Source of the DNA: Octopus bimaculoides
Taxonomy: Eukaryota
Direction: 5' to 3'
Length of the DNA stretch: 64,000 bases
Assembly: GCF_001194135.2 (NCBI RefSeq)
Contig: NC_068981.1
Location: 38,150,277-38,214,276 of the forward strand
Shown here: positions 1 through 13,179 of the stretch, one piece after another
How positions within the stretch are numbered: the first letter of the stretch is position 1
How the letters are laid out: every line of letters starts with the position of its first letter
Program-made: the position numbers and the translations under genes
Notes under the pieces: model-generated
The model's database searches: none
What the model was told of the DNA's origin: nothing
What the model saw: only the letters and a program-made list of their open reading frames with translations

Positions 1-1020
1 GGGACAAAACACATACCTTGTGTATGCATGTTTGATACTGTTTACTCATTATAATTTCTAGCACATATGTCTATAAGCTGATATTTTATTCCATTTGTAT
101 ATACGGACATACAAAATAAATTCAAGCATGTTCATTTCTATTGTTCAGATGAAAAACAAATGCTTAACTTTTAAAGAAGGTATACATTTCTGTTTCCTTA
201 GCATGTAAGGGTAATTTTGGCATCCTACTTTCTTGCCAATCAACACACTAAAGGAATATACATGAAATAAATACATGTGCTAAATGTGTGCATGTGCCAT
301 TGTGTGCATGTGGCCATGTGTATGCATGTTGTATTTGCTTAATCCCAGATGTAAAATATATAATAAATATTAAAGAAGTTTGATGCATTGAACTTCTTCA
401 TCTGTCATACATCAACCTAAAAAACTGTATTGAATGTTAAAGTTGTTATAACTCTTTCCAGCATAGATCATCTATTATTATCCATCATGCTAAGTTTTCT
501 TTGAAATTCTCGTTGAAATAAGATGGGTTGTCTTTGAAATTCTCAGAAAAATATGAGCCTCTGTAAACAAGTAGAAATTCATTTGTTTCTTTCTTATTCT
601 CAATTGGGTTAGGATAGTGGATGATATATTGTATCTCTATAAGGAAGATTTAGTAGAAATATGATCCATTGCTAAATATCTGTTTCCTATCTCACACTAC
701 CCATGAAATGCAGCTCATCTCTCTTTTGTCTCTCATTTTCTAAATGTGCTTTGAAAATGCTGCGATATTTTCTAGGTTGTGATTTTGGAATGAGTTATTG
801 AGCCAGTACAGGCAACATTAGAGGAGTGCTCAAATAGCCTTATATAACTTGCTGATGTACTGACTGTAGAGTCATACTGCTATGCAGTGCTTCTCTAATA
901 ATATATGCCTTTTATTGGGAAAAGCCTTCTGTTTCAGCAATTGCATGTTTTCTCCCTTTGTGCTATATTCCATTTCAGTATTTTTATATTGTCCTCTTAA
1001 TATAATTAGCACCCCCAAAT

Positions 1021-1146
1021 AACTGGAAGCAAGATACTAAGGCAGAGATGAAAAGTCAAGGATCCAGTTGGAGAGAAGCAGAAATAGCAGCCCAGAGTAA
1101 AGTCATTGTTGGCCTATGCTGCACAGGAAGTGAAGGGCTTAAATAA
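1021..1146 (+). mobile_element. RTE-clade LINE, extreme 3' ORF remnant
   Basis: Frame 1021 reads NWKQDTKAEMKSQGSSWREAEIAAQSKVIVGLCCTGSEGLK*, resembling the typical RTE C-terminus (TW...W...AQ...GLC). Confidence 0.55.
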
Positions 1147-1344
1147 AATAACACATATATGCATTTTGCATTTACACGCACATACACACATAGAGCATTA
1201 GGGTTAAATTTGGCGATTTTTTATGTCTCTCTTTTAGAAGAACAGCTTGATATATTGGTGAACAGTCAACAGCATTGGAGAGCATAAAGAATAAAGTTGT
1301 AGTTGAGAAAAAGTTAGCTGAAATGGCGGACTGTACGTCATCTG

Positions 1345-1552
1345 AATATTGGTTTTGGTACAAGGCTAGCAATTTTGGGGAGTGGATAAGTCGATTACAT
1401 CGACTCCAGTACGTGACTGGTACTTATCTTAGCAACCTCAAAAGTGTGAAAGTCAAAGTTGACCTTGATGGAATTCGAACCCAGAATGTAAAGATCGATA
1501 AAGTGTCCCCTAAACATTTTGTTCAGGATGCTATGTTCTCGCCTGCTCACTG
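1345..1552 (-). mobile_element. tRNA-derived SINE, family A (Meta-core-like), decayed copy
   Basis: Reverse complement aligns with copies at 2131, 16855, 52952 and 56979 (ttctgagttcaaattc B-box-like motif, gcctttcatcc...gataaa...taagtaccag body). Confidence 0.75.
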
Positions 1553-2072
1553 CTTTAAGCCATTTGCATTTTGGCAAAGAGTTACTTGTATCATGATGAA
1601 TACAACACTGTTACACCACTTGTAATACTGATAATGGAATAACATTACATATCTCAATATATCACGGCTTATAATTTGATGTTTGATGTTTGGTACAATT
1701 TCAGCATCAGGTTATTGAAGGACTATATTATTTATTCACTTATGCAATCAAGTTGTATTGGAACATTTTAACACTGATCCCTAACCAAACTGTATTCTCA
1801 GAGTATATTATAATGGCAAAGATGCATTAGTGAGTAAAACACTATTTGTGGATTGATTAAACCATAAAACTGCTGGAAGGATCATAAAGCATTTAGGGAC
1901 AATAAGGTGCAATTTGAATTTGTGCCTAATTGTAGAACTAAAGTTAGTAAATTTCAATTCAGGCAAGTTGTAAGTTAATCCTCTGTTTTGGTTAGTCTAA
2001 AGAAAGTTTGTGCTTATGCTTTTAAATAAGTCTACTATGTGGAAGAAATTTGATCAATATATTGGTAAAAGT

Positions 2073-2502
2073 TTAGCCCGTTAACATTTGGATTACTCTG
2101 TCAGATGCAATGTGTATTTATTCACATTGTAAGGCAGCAAGTTGTCAGAATCATTAATGCACCAGGCAAAATGCTTAAAAACATTTTGTTTGTCTTCATG
2201 TTCTGAGTTCAAATTCTGTGAGTTTGACTTTGTCTTTCATCTTTGTGGGATTGATAAAACCAGTTGAATTCTAGGGTCGAAATAATGGACCTGCAATCCA
2301 ACCCATCCCACAATTGCTGGCCTTGTGCCAAAATTTGAAACTTGTTTAATCACATTGCTCTTATTTAATCATGCATTACCTTGTAACTTCAAGATTTTGG
2401 TAGTGTAATTGTTGATTGTTAGAATGAGAGTGTAGGTAGGAGGGAGAAGCCAGTTTGAGCATAAACAGGCAGATATGGCTGGTTTAAATGCTAAAGGGTT
2501 AA
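2073..2502. mobile_element. piggyBac-type MITE (TTAA-CCC ends) interrupted by a SINE
   Basis: Right end aatgctaaagggttaa (to 2502); degenerate left end ttagcccgttaacatt (2073); body aligns with the uninterrupted copy at 40364-40560. Confidence 0.7.
2131..2345 (+). mobile_element. tRNA-derived SINE, family A, nested in MITE
   Basis: aaggcagcaagttgtcagaa head, ttctgagttcaaattc motif, ccttgtgccaaaatttgaaac tail; tcacattg repeated at 2122-2129 and 2350-2357 (TSD-like). Confidence 0.8.
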
Positions 2503-4358
2503 ACTATATACCTTGTAAATATTTAGTACATAAAAGGTTGTGGTAAGATACCTGTCAGAATGATTGGAGTGTCATATGTATGAGTGTAATTAATGTCATA
2601 GATATCCATTAGAAGAAATTTGATAAATGGAGTAAATACGTTTTGCTAACTAGTTTACTTGAAGTAGTAGCAAAGAAAGTATAGCTAAAATAGATAAAAG
2701 AACTTCAAGAGGTTCTTAAAGTTTTCCTTTGATGTAATTGGCAGACTAAATACAGCCTAAGAAACAAGGTGTTAAGTGAGGTATAAACATCAAGTGTAGA
2801 AGACCTGAAGAGGTGGAAATAAACAAGTTAATTATGATCCATTGGATATGAAAAAATTGCACAGTAGAGTGAGCTCAAATGAGCTGAGATATTAGCTGAC
2901 TATTAAAGGCATGAAATGGTGTACACAGGGGAAACAAAATTACTTGTATGTGAATGTGATGTAAATGAACAATGGATGCTGGGCGAAAGGTAACTATGAA
3001 AGAAAGAGAGATCTGGCAAAGTTAAACCTAAGAATAGGATGATGAGTGCCCCTCAAGAGATAATAAAATACTAAGATGAATGGTAATATATTACACAGTA
3101 AAGCAATCTGATCCCCTAGAATGGAAAGGAAGTTTTAAAATGATAATAATAAAATTGTATATGTATTAATAAGGAAGGAGAGAAAGAGAGAGGAAGATGC
3201 TAGAATATTATAAGTTCACATTGCTAGCTTATTAATCAACTGTCTAATCTTTTTTGAAATTAATATAACCGGGTTGAGTTTCAAAGGTAGACATATAACT
3301 TTACTAGTCTCCATATCTTGTCTAGTCATTTACCTAATTGCCAGTGTGTCAGGTTTGGTCAAATGGATTTCATTTGGAGCTGATATAGGACTACACAAAC
3401 ACAGCAGAAACTAGTCTTAGTTTTCCAGCTTACAACAGATACCATACCATTCTTACAACAAAGAATTCACTAGTAAAGACTTTGAACGAAGTCTTTGATG
3501 CAAAACTTCTAAAATAATATTCTTCTGGTGTTTCAAAAATATTGAGTGGGTGACAAACACTGGGCCTTTTTCTTTGATTTACTTCCACACTAGTATTAAT
3601 CGAATTTGACCTTTCTTCATTGCCCTCCAAAATATGTTAATTTCATTTTCAGTACTCAGTGTAATGTAATGCCACATCATTATTTTGGAGCACTTGCAAG
3701 CAACTTCTTACTTAGGTTTGTTGCTGGAGAACTTGCAGTAGAGAACAACCATTGACATTCTAATGCCCAACATAAATGTTTGCCATGTAAGATTTGTTCC
3801 CTGGTCTATAGAGCAGCTCAAGCAGCAGCAATTGCATTTTCTAAGAGGAACAAAACCTGCTGATTCTCATGACTGAATGTAGACATTGCAAAGAATATTG
3901 GTGTGTAGTTACATATACATATTATTAAGCAGCTGTATTCTATATCATCCGGGTATAGTGTGCCCAAAACAGGCTGTCATCAAGTGGATCTATAATCAAA
4001 AGTACTCCATCTCTGACCATCCCAGTTTTTATGTAGATAATGGTCAGCATTATTCTTGTTTTAAGATAAAAGAGTGTAATTTGGGAGAATTTGGTTGATA
4101 TTTCTAGTAAAACAATTGACTACATAAATAATTTCTTATTGGCAAGTCCAAAATCTGTAATAAATATGATAATTATAGCTAGGCATACTTGAATATTTAT
4201 TAGTTAGATCAACTTTTAACTTGAGATAGCTAGGCATATTTTGGTAGAAAAAATAGTTGAAATGTGTATGTATAACATACGTACTTCAAAAAGCTTATGG
4301 GAAAGAGCTAGCTGAACACATTTATATTGCAGGTTTAGTTGCACATAGTTGCAAAGTC

Positions 4359-4950
4359 ATCATCATCATCTAACGTCCTCCTTCCATGCTGGCATGGGTT
4401 GAAAGGTTTGATAGGAGTTGGCCAGGTGAGAACTTGCACCATGCACCTGTGTCTGTTTTGGCATGGTTTTTATGACAGGATTCTTTGCCTAACACCAACC
4501 ACTCTGTAGAGTGGGCTGAAAGCTTTTTACATGACACTCACATAGGTGAGGTCAGTTTTGGTGTGATTTTTACAGCTGGATGCCCTTCCAAATGCTAACC
4601 ACTTTACAGTGTGGACTGAGTGCTTTTTAAGTGGCACCTGCACTGGTGGGAGTCACCAAGTGACTTTGAAAGACAAGGAGTCTTTGAGAGTGGAGGGGGC
4701 ATTGAAGGAGGTGATCTTGTGTCAGATGATGAAAGATTTGAGTGTGATAGAGAGGCAGAAACAGATGTCTTGCTGTAGAGGAGGTCCATGGTTATCCAAC
4801 CCAAGAGAGGGTGAGAGAGAGGAAGTGAAAGAGAGGGAGAGAAAAAGAGCAAGAGTTAACAAGAATGAGGGCAGAAACAATTACCTAGAGAGTGTGGGAG
4901 TTAACAAGAAAGAAGTGTGCTGCTGTAAAGAAGTGGGCTTCTTAAACACA
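4359..4950 (-). mobile_element. Family B repeat (RTE-3'-tail-like), long decayed copy
   Basis: (cat)n-ctaacgtcc-ttccatgctggcatgggtt and gctggatgcccttcc motifs; distal part aligns with 8270-8745 and 60860-61270. Confidence 0.7.
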
Positions 4951-5588
4951 TAGCCATGATTAAAAAGCTTTTTAAGGAACTTTCTTTAGAAATCTTTCAT
5001 AAATATCATTTATGGAATAATGTTTCTACTAGGAAAGCATCAATACTGAACCCTTTTTTTCAGCTCTGAAAAAGTTAATTTAATTTCAGTAAGTTCAAAA
5101 GCCTGCTATAAGATTGCGTTCAGCTTGCTCTTTCCCATAAGTCTGCAGAAATAGTGTTATTCAGCATAACACTTTACAGCATAAATAGCCAATTCTGATG
5201 GACCTCTTCACAATAACCTCAAACTCTCTCATGAGAAATTGATCAATGTCATATTTATTTATCTCTTGATGGCATAGGTTTAAATTCTGTAAAAAAATGG
5301 AACAACATGTCTATACTGAAGAACTGCAGTAGATGTGTTTACAACATCTGCATACGGTCTATTTGTTTTCCATATAACAAAAATCAAATATATCTATTGG
5401 CCAAAATGATACCTCTTTGTAGTTACATTTGTAGAGTCTGATGTATATAAGTATGTATTTGAATAGCAGGACAGATTTCAAACTTATATTGAAGAAGCTT
5501 CTTACAACAAATATAAGAAATAATTGCAGCTCACAATTTCTGTCACTTCCCTATGTTAGAGGATGTATGAACATTTTAGGCAGGTTTA

Positions 5589-5724
5589 ACACACACACAC
5601 ATACACACACACACACACACACAAACATATATACATGCACAAGCATACACACATACATACACAAACACACACTAATGAATATATATAAATATATATATAT
5701 ACANNNNNNNNNNAATATATATAA

Positions 5725-5805
<81 letters not shown>

Positions 5806-5925
5806 CATATGTATATATATATGTTGGTATATTGTGTGTGCATGTGCATGTATGTGTGCATGTGTGTGCATGTGTGTATGGGTGTGTGTATGTGTGTTTG
5901 TGTGTATGTGTGTGTGTGTATGTAT
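5589..5925. repeat. Compound (CA)/(TA)/(TG) microsatellite with 10-N gap
   Basis: Directly visible dinucleotide runs; N at 5704-5713. Confidence 0.95.
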
Positions 5926-6387
5926 GTCCAGTAATATTCACTGACCATTAACTTCATAATATACATGTCTTATTTGCATGAAAAAAGCTGATAGATTTAA
6001 TTGCATAATACATTGACAGTAATATGAAATTATCACTAAAATCTCCTAATCTAAAAAGGAAGGGTGTTATACATAAAATATGTAAATGCTACTCAAAAAT
6101 GAATATCTCTGAGAGGGAAGAATGTGACTTATGAGGTTATATAATGGGATTAAATTGGATAGTGAGAGGAACCATGTAGAACTGTGGAAGAAGAGAAAGT
6201 ATGACAGTAGCAATAGGAAAGGAGGAGTAAGAGATCAGTAGTCATTGAGAGGGAGGGTGGGGAGAAGGAGAATGAAGATTGAGAAAGTAGTATGAAAATA
6301 TCAAGGGAGAAAGACAAGCTGGTTGTAGGCATATGGACAAGGAAGTTATAATGGAGAAATTGTTTACAAGTTGACAGTGCAAGACAA

Positions 6388-6391
6388 GTGT

Positions 6392-6431
<40 letters not shown>

Positions 6432-6577
6432 ATGTGTGTGCATGTATGTGAGTGTGCATGTGCATGTGTGTATGTCCGTGTCAGTTTGTGTCTGTGTATG
6501 CATGTGCACGTGTGTATATGTGTGTGTGTGTGCATGCGTGCTTTTGTATGTGCATATATGTGCATGCATGTGTGTGT

Positions 6578-6644
<67 letters not shown>

Positions 6645-6645
6645 T
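6388..6645. repeat. (TG)n compound microsatellite
   Basis: Directly visible; explains the CV/HT ORFs in the track. Confidence 0.95.
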
Positions 6646-8269
6646 GTGCACACGCATATCTCAGATAGTAAGAGAAACAGACATGTTTGGGGAGCAGACT
6701 ATTTTATTTATAAGAGAAGTAGATGGAGAGAAATAAGAAAGAATGAAGCTGACACAACTTGGGGAAGGAAAGGGAAAATAAATGAAAATAGTTTGAGAAT
6801 CTCTATTGTAAGGAACAGATGAAACCTCTTTTGACCTGCAGAAAGATTGTATCCCATTAAATTATGTGAGTTAGTCACTGTTCTCAACTGACAAGCAGAA
6901 CAGAGTAACTTCTATCACCAGCCCTGGAGCTGAAATGTCACTGCAGGCTTGTGGAGGTTATTTCACAGCAAGCAGCTTTCTTTTCTCTGCTCATCTACAT
7001 AAATAGCGTCCGTCTTGAATCTTTCCTCCCAATATTTCCTTGAATTTATATTTACATATTCATTTATTTATTTACTTCCTCTCTTCCATGGTGTCCTTAA
7101 TCTGAAAAGAGCACCATAAAGGCTTCATCTTTTTACTTCTCTCAAAGATCTAATGTGTTATGGAAAAACTATCTAAAGCAAGCTGTATTAAGTAGATTAA
7201 GATTAATTAGTGTGCAAAATAAGGTTTCTAATGATGCAGTATTAGATGTGGTTTTATGGATTGTTGGTTGGTGCTCTTGCCTAGTGAAATAAGCCAGTCA
7301 GACGAGCTTTCAAATATTGGAAATACCTCAGAAAGGGGAGGGGTTTTCTACATTCCTCAATGAAGATAAAACTTTAAAATGAAAAATGTTGATATGGAAG
7401 GATCTTTTCTCCTTTGTGATTTTAACACATGTAGACTGACACACACTCTTTTCTATGAGTTCTCCAAGAGAAGCTAGCCCATGAAAGTTGTATGGGTTCT
7501 ATCAAATAAAGGTATTTTGAGTAACAGACAAAATATTTTTCCTTCAATACCTGAATTAGTATATAATTTAGTGATGTATAACCTCAATACATTTAGTGTT
7601 TGGTAAAGGAAATGCATTTATATGAACAAATGATATATGTATGAGAATTAAATTATATCAAACAAAGAATGACTGGAAAATAAAAAAAATTAGTCTCATA
7701 TTTATATTGATATGTAAAGGGATAAGATCACAATTAATAAAAAATCTTAGCAAATATTCTAAGATTTTTGTTTTGTTGTGTATGTATGTATGTATGTCTC
7801 TATGGATGTGCACACACATATATACAACTAAGTACAAAGCTCAATTAAATAATAAGACATCAATAAATGCATTGAGATTGTTGATCAGGAAGAAATATTT
7901 TCATACATTGTTAATGCTTTTTCCTATTACCAAATAATGTTTAAAATGACAATTTCAGAAATGTTTTATGACTTAAGTGAATCATCTCTTTACTTACCCA
8001 TAATAAGACCAATACGTAAATATATTTTACTGCAGTAATTAAATAGATGAATTACTATTCAACTTACAAAAATTCTTCACAAAAGTCAACATTATTCATA
8101 GATTACAAATATATTCAAACATGGTATTCAAAGTAAAGTGCTTTGTTAAAAAATACTGCAAATGTCTATACAAATATAAGAATATCTCATGTATAGGTTG
8201 TATGTTTCATTAAAAAATAGTCTTCATAGCTTCAGTCTGCTCAGATTATATTAAATTTTTTTATACACC

Positions 8270-8745
8270 TTCTTGTACCTTGAATGTACACCCAAACACC
8301 TCATCTCCACCATCTTTATCTCTCTTATCTCTATCCCTACCCCTTATGTAATATGGTGTTTCCATATGTCTTCTCTACCAAAAGATACCTGTCTTTGTTC
8401 TCCTCCATCATTTTTAGATTCTCAGCATCTGGCATAAAGCCACTTCCCTTTCTACACCTCCCACTCAGGCAAGAAGGCAGTTTTATATCATCAGTTATCT
8501 GGTAATTTCACTGGTACCAACCAGTGTCATGAAAATAGCACCCTGTACACTCTATAAAGTGATCGGCATTACAATGGGCATCCAGTCATAGAAAGAAACC
8601 ATTCCAAAGCAGACATTGGAGCTCAATACAGTTCTGCAGCTCAGACATTGGAGCTCAACACAGTTCTTCAGCTCATCACATCCTATCAAACCAACCAACA
8701 CATGCCAGCATTTAGAAGACAGACATAAAATGATGATGATGATGA
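8270..8745 (+). mobile_element. Family B repeat, long decayed copy
   Basis: catctggcataaagccac shared with the 60860 copy; gggcatccag...catgccagcat...(atg)n tail; internal 32-bp duplication at 8611-8674. Confidence 0.65.
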
Positions 8746-9066
8746 CAACAACAATAACAGTGGTGGCGATGGTGGTAGCAGCAGTGGCAGTGGCAGCAGT
8801 GGTAGTGGTGATGATTTCTTTTACAAGAAAATCTTCAGGTTACACACACAGTTCCAGTTAGATTCTAAACACAAATCATAGATAAACGGTTTATGTTTAT
8901 AATTGAATAGAGCAGCACAAGGCATATGAACGGATTAATTTTAAAATTAGTTCATTGTTTGTAATACAGTAATTCAAATAGGATGTAGAAGCATGAAAAT
9001 ATATTTTATGATTAAGATTGAATCAAATTTGTTTCCATTTGTAAAGAAATATGTGCTTTTTAGTGT

Positions 9067-9240
9067 AGGTGTAGGCATGGCTATGTGGTTAAGATGCTTG
9101 CTTCTCAACCACATAGTTTGGGGTTCAACCCCATTGCATGAAACTTTTGGCAAATGTCATCTGCTATAGTCACAGGCCAACCAAAGCTTTGTAAGTGGAT
9201 TTAATGGAAAGAAACTGAACTAAGCCCATCATGTATGTAT
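9067..9240 (+). mobile_element. tRNA-derived SINE, family C, 5' part
   Basis: ggcatggctatgtggttaag...gggttcaacccc head and ggccaaccaaagctttgtaagtggattt body; matches reverse complement of 32815-32985 and 54320-54479. Confidence 0.7.
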
Positions 9241-10214
9241 GACTATAGAAAAACTTCCTGCACTGAAATCCCCTCTGACCCATGCAACCATGGAAAAGTA
9301 GATGTTAAAATGATGATGGCGATGTCAATAATGTATTACTGTTATGTATAATTTGTTTATGAAAGATGATACGAAATACAATTTGAAGGTTAATTACAGA
9401 TCACATTGCACAGCTCATAATTAATTCAAGGATAGTTAATTATCTAAATATCAATTACATAAATGATAACATGAAACAATAAACAAGCCAAAGAGAGAGC
9501 CTCTCAGTGGTCGTTTAACCTGCCAGAAATAGCAATTAAATCTACCTCTATCTTGAAAGGACACATGGAATAATGTGATCATGTGTACTCAATGTTTTAA
9601 AAAAAATCAAAAATCATTGTATTTGTCATGGATGGAATGCTTTTCATCAAAGATCTGCTCAGATTGCTTTTGTAAATATGCACACATGTGCATAAATATA
9701 TTTATATATACAAAGCAAAGACACTTCTATCTTGCAAGAGTCAAAAGGGTAGTGACATTGTCTAAACCAAAAATAACCTTTCAAATCCTAAATATGAAAG
9801 TATGTTTAATAATTAGTTTGATTAATCAAGTTTTGATGCTAGTATACTGCACGAAGTAAAGGAGAGGAAGGATTTTCTTCAGTAGGGTTACATTATGAAA
9901 CTGAATGAAAATGTGAAATATTTGCTGTAGAGTATGGAATATTCATGTATTGAAATTTATATTTACATTGACAGTCCTTAATACACTAGATTATATCACA
10001 GATTGCTTAAGCCACCAACTTGATTATTTCTGGTGAGTTATGACGAGAATGGTAGATGAACAACAAAGTCTCAACATATAAAAATATCTCTCTTTGCATG
10101 TGAAAGGAACATCAGAAAGGAAAACAGCAAAAACTCTGCATGAAGCAAGCCTTAAAACACCTATAAAGTGATTTTAAAGTCTTCAAAATATCCTCAGAAA
10201 CAGAAAATAACACT

Positions 10215-10545
10215 GGCTTCCTTCCCACCACCAAGTTTTCTTCGGGCAGGCTAGAACAGAAGTTACCTTCCGAGGCACAAGTCTGAGAAAGTTTGTTATA
10301 TGGAAGACCTGCAGTCATCCATGCATACCAGCCTCCCCTCTCCACACCACTGATGTTATCCAAGGGAAAGGCAAAGGCCGATACAGCTTGACATGAGGGA
10401 CATCGCAACACATTTCTATAGCTGAATGAAGTAGAGCAACATGAAATAAAGTGTCTTGCTCAAAAACACAACACACAGTTCAGTCTGGAAATCAAACTCA
10501 CAGCTTCATGATTGTGAGCCTGATGCTCTAACCAGTGAGCCATGT
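10215..10545 (-). mobile_element. tRNA-derived SINE, family D (CORE-like middle)
   Basis: Reverse complement aligns end-to-end with 57273-57597 (tRNA-like head, gagcaagacactttatttca, tttcccttggataacatcagtgg, gaggctggtatgcatgg). Confidence 0.8.
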
Positions 10546-10664
10546 GACAGATGCTTTTACAACAGCATTGGTCTTATAACATACACATGATCGTCTTTCT
10601 TTTCTTTCAGTCTGTTTGTTATACAGACCAGACACATTCTTATCTGTCTCCTCTTCTATCTTTT

Positions 10665-10995
10665 TTCTTGTCAGAGACAATATTCCTCCAGCATTTGCTA
10701 CCTTATCGCACCTGGCCTAACAGCCCTCCACGTTTGCTTTTGTTTGGTTTGCTGTATGTCTCCACTTGTATGTTTTTGTTACCAACTTTCATCCTCTGCA
10801 AATCCCAAATTTTATTTTGGTTTGCAGGAGCAACTGCCTTTCGAAGCCTCATTTCGTTGTTAATTGCTTGAAATGAGGAGCAGATGGACAGTCGACAACT
10901 GATGAAGGGTCGTTCTTTATGTTACTTGTCTTGTTTTCCATTTGTTCCTCTCACTGTACACATACCCAAGTTTGTCTTCGTATTTCATGTTGTTT
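10665..10995. repeat. Unclassified interspersed repeat, family E, copy 1
   Basis: Colinear with 22060-22355 (caaattttatttt, caactgatgaag, gttctttatgttacttgtc). Confidence 0.7.
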
Positions 10996-11061
10996 TTTTA
11001 GCATGGAAAGTGGACGTTAAACGATGATGATGATGATGATGATGATGATATATTATGTATA

Positions 11062-11099
<38 letters not shown>

Positions 11100-12960
11100 A
11101 TCAACCACTTTATCCAGCTTACACCATCCAGCTACAGCACTTTAAGACTCTCCCAAACATCATCATTGAGCAAGACTTCAATGCACTTAGCACCTCCTTA
11201 TTTTCAAATAATTCTCATAACAAGAGTGATGACATAATATCATTGCAAATAGAATTCCTCTGTTTCCTAAATCTACCACCTTAATACATACACATCTCAC
11301 ATAGCCAGTTACAGTAACTCTTCTCCAGACGATACCTCCTGTTCCCCACATTTAGTTTTCATAACTGCTTAGCAAACAACTTGCTAACTTTTCTCAAACC
11401 ACCCTACCATTTATATCACAGCATATTTACACATCAATGAAGAAAGCAAAAATACTTTTACGAACTTCAAAAAAGCACAATTGAATGACTTCAACCAAGA
11501 AACAGAATCAAAGTTTTCAGAATTTAACAACACTACAATCACCAACATAGACACTGTAGTACATACATTTAACAAGATAATTATAGACACATCTAAAGAA
11601 AACATATCCAGCCAGGCAACATAAAGAAATACAACCCAAGAAATACAACTCCAGAAATATCCAACCTCATAAAAAACAGAGACAACCACAAATACAATAC
11701 ACCAAAACAACACATAACCAAAATAAACTCAGTATGAGATGACTAAAAACGAAAATAATAAAAATAATAATAAACCATAGAAAAATAAAATAAAGGCAAA
11801 CATAAAAATCTATATAAACAGAATCCATGTAAACAAAATTGAACATCAACCACGAAACAAACAGTAAACCACAATATAGAGTAATTAGCAGCAACATCAA
11901 CAACAATCAGTCGATAAAAACTATACAAACAGGATGGAAACACAAAATAAAAATAAATACCTTCTACATCTCTCTTCTGACCCCTTTTATTCAATCAGGC
12001 ACCCAAGAAGCAATAAAGAAATTGAAAAGTTCCATAGCCTCAGAGCTAAGTCAATCTCCCAGAATTTGGAAATTAGATGAAATCAAAACAATTTTAGATT
12101 ATGAGAAAAACTCAAGTGAATAGCATCACATTACCCACTTACACACATTACTCTCAAAAAATTATAGAAAGGCTGGACCATGTCAGCACAAACCCACACA
12201 TAACAGTCTCCAACTCCTAATACATATTCAAACAAGAGCATCACTTGACCACCCTACTCACAAACCTAACACAGAATTACATAATGACTTCAATAGCAAA
12301 AATACTTCTCTCACATGTACCATTCTAACTATTCTTGATATCAGCACAGTTTTTAATTCCTTCTCTACTATCCATTCATATAAAAATACTTGGCATCACT
12401 TTAAGAGACAATAGAACATGCTGGCTTGCAAACTACCTGTCATGTCAAAGAGCAATACTTCTAGACCCTACAATTTCCTGAATGGATTACCACAAGAATC
12501 AGTTCTCTCACACACTCTTTTCAGCACACATGTCCTTCCCATAACTTCTATAAAGCATACCAACAGATTCATATGCAAATGACATCACACTCTCATCATC
12601 CCATCATTCCTGCTTTACAACTACCCCAACCCTTTTTAATTCACCAAGAACAAAATGTTTAGAAACTTGGCTTCCTAGCAGATACAAAGTAACATGTACC
12701 ATAGCTCCACTCTTGCTTCATACTAGCAACCTAGGAGAATATAAAATACAACAAAACATTGCACTCAGCATCATAAGTATACTTCATGCACAAGCGCGTG
12801 CACACACACACACACACACACACACACGCAACATGCATAGAAAACAAGTATATTAGGAGTTACATACAACTCTGGTACAACAAAAGATGTTTCAGCCTCA
12901 ACAACTGCTGACATCCATAAAGCTCAAGTGAGGACTTCAGTGTAATACTGGTGCCATATC
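11100..12960 (+). mobile_element. Decayed LINE with APE endonuclease and reverse transcriptase remnants
   Basis: IIIEQDFNA (about 11160; cf. GDFNA), ILDISTVFNS (about 12330; cf. LDISKAFD), NGLPQESVLSHTLF (12481; cf. GVPQGSVLSP.LF) and SYANDIT (12569; cf. YADD) occur in the correct order with frameshifts. Confidence 0.8.
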
Positions 12961-13179
12961 TGGGATGTTGTTGCTGCTACACAATCAGACATCTTAAGCT
13001 ACATTTAGAAAAGCGTCACTAAACTGAGTGGCATTCAATCACTAATGAACACATTCCAATCCCACTGTCCAGATCCATGGATTGCTACAACAGTCTTCTA
13101 CAATAAACCCAAGGCCTTGTAAGTGAATTCAGTAAATGAAAAAAAGCTTCTAGCATACATATATGCACATATATCTTAG

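Noticed and set aside
4100-4160. Minus-strand DFGLA motif after an AG acceptor
   Set aside because: A stop follows within 7 codons and no other kinase motifs (HRD, APE) are nearby.
5064-5088. 25-nt plus-strand microexon with strong splice signals
   Set aside because: Lies inside the putative MITE bounded by the 4294/5141 inverted repeats; likely chance.
5441-6822. Long ORFs of HT/CV/YI repeats (also 11024, 18270-19186, 20155, 21369, 35357-36475, 61070-61554)
   Set aside because: Translations of dinucleotide and trinucleotide microsatellites, not genes.
10830-10920. Hammerhead-ribozyme-like CTGATGA in family E (also 22255, 18663, 50771)
   Set aside because: No canonical GAAA with paired stem II and stem I could be built; GAAG or mismatched stems instead.
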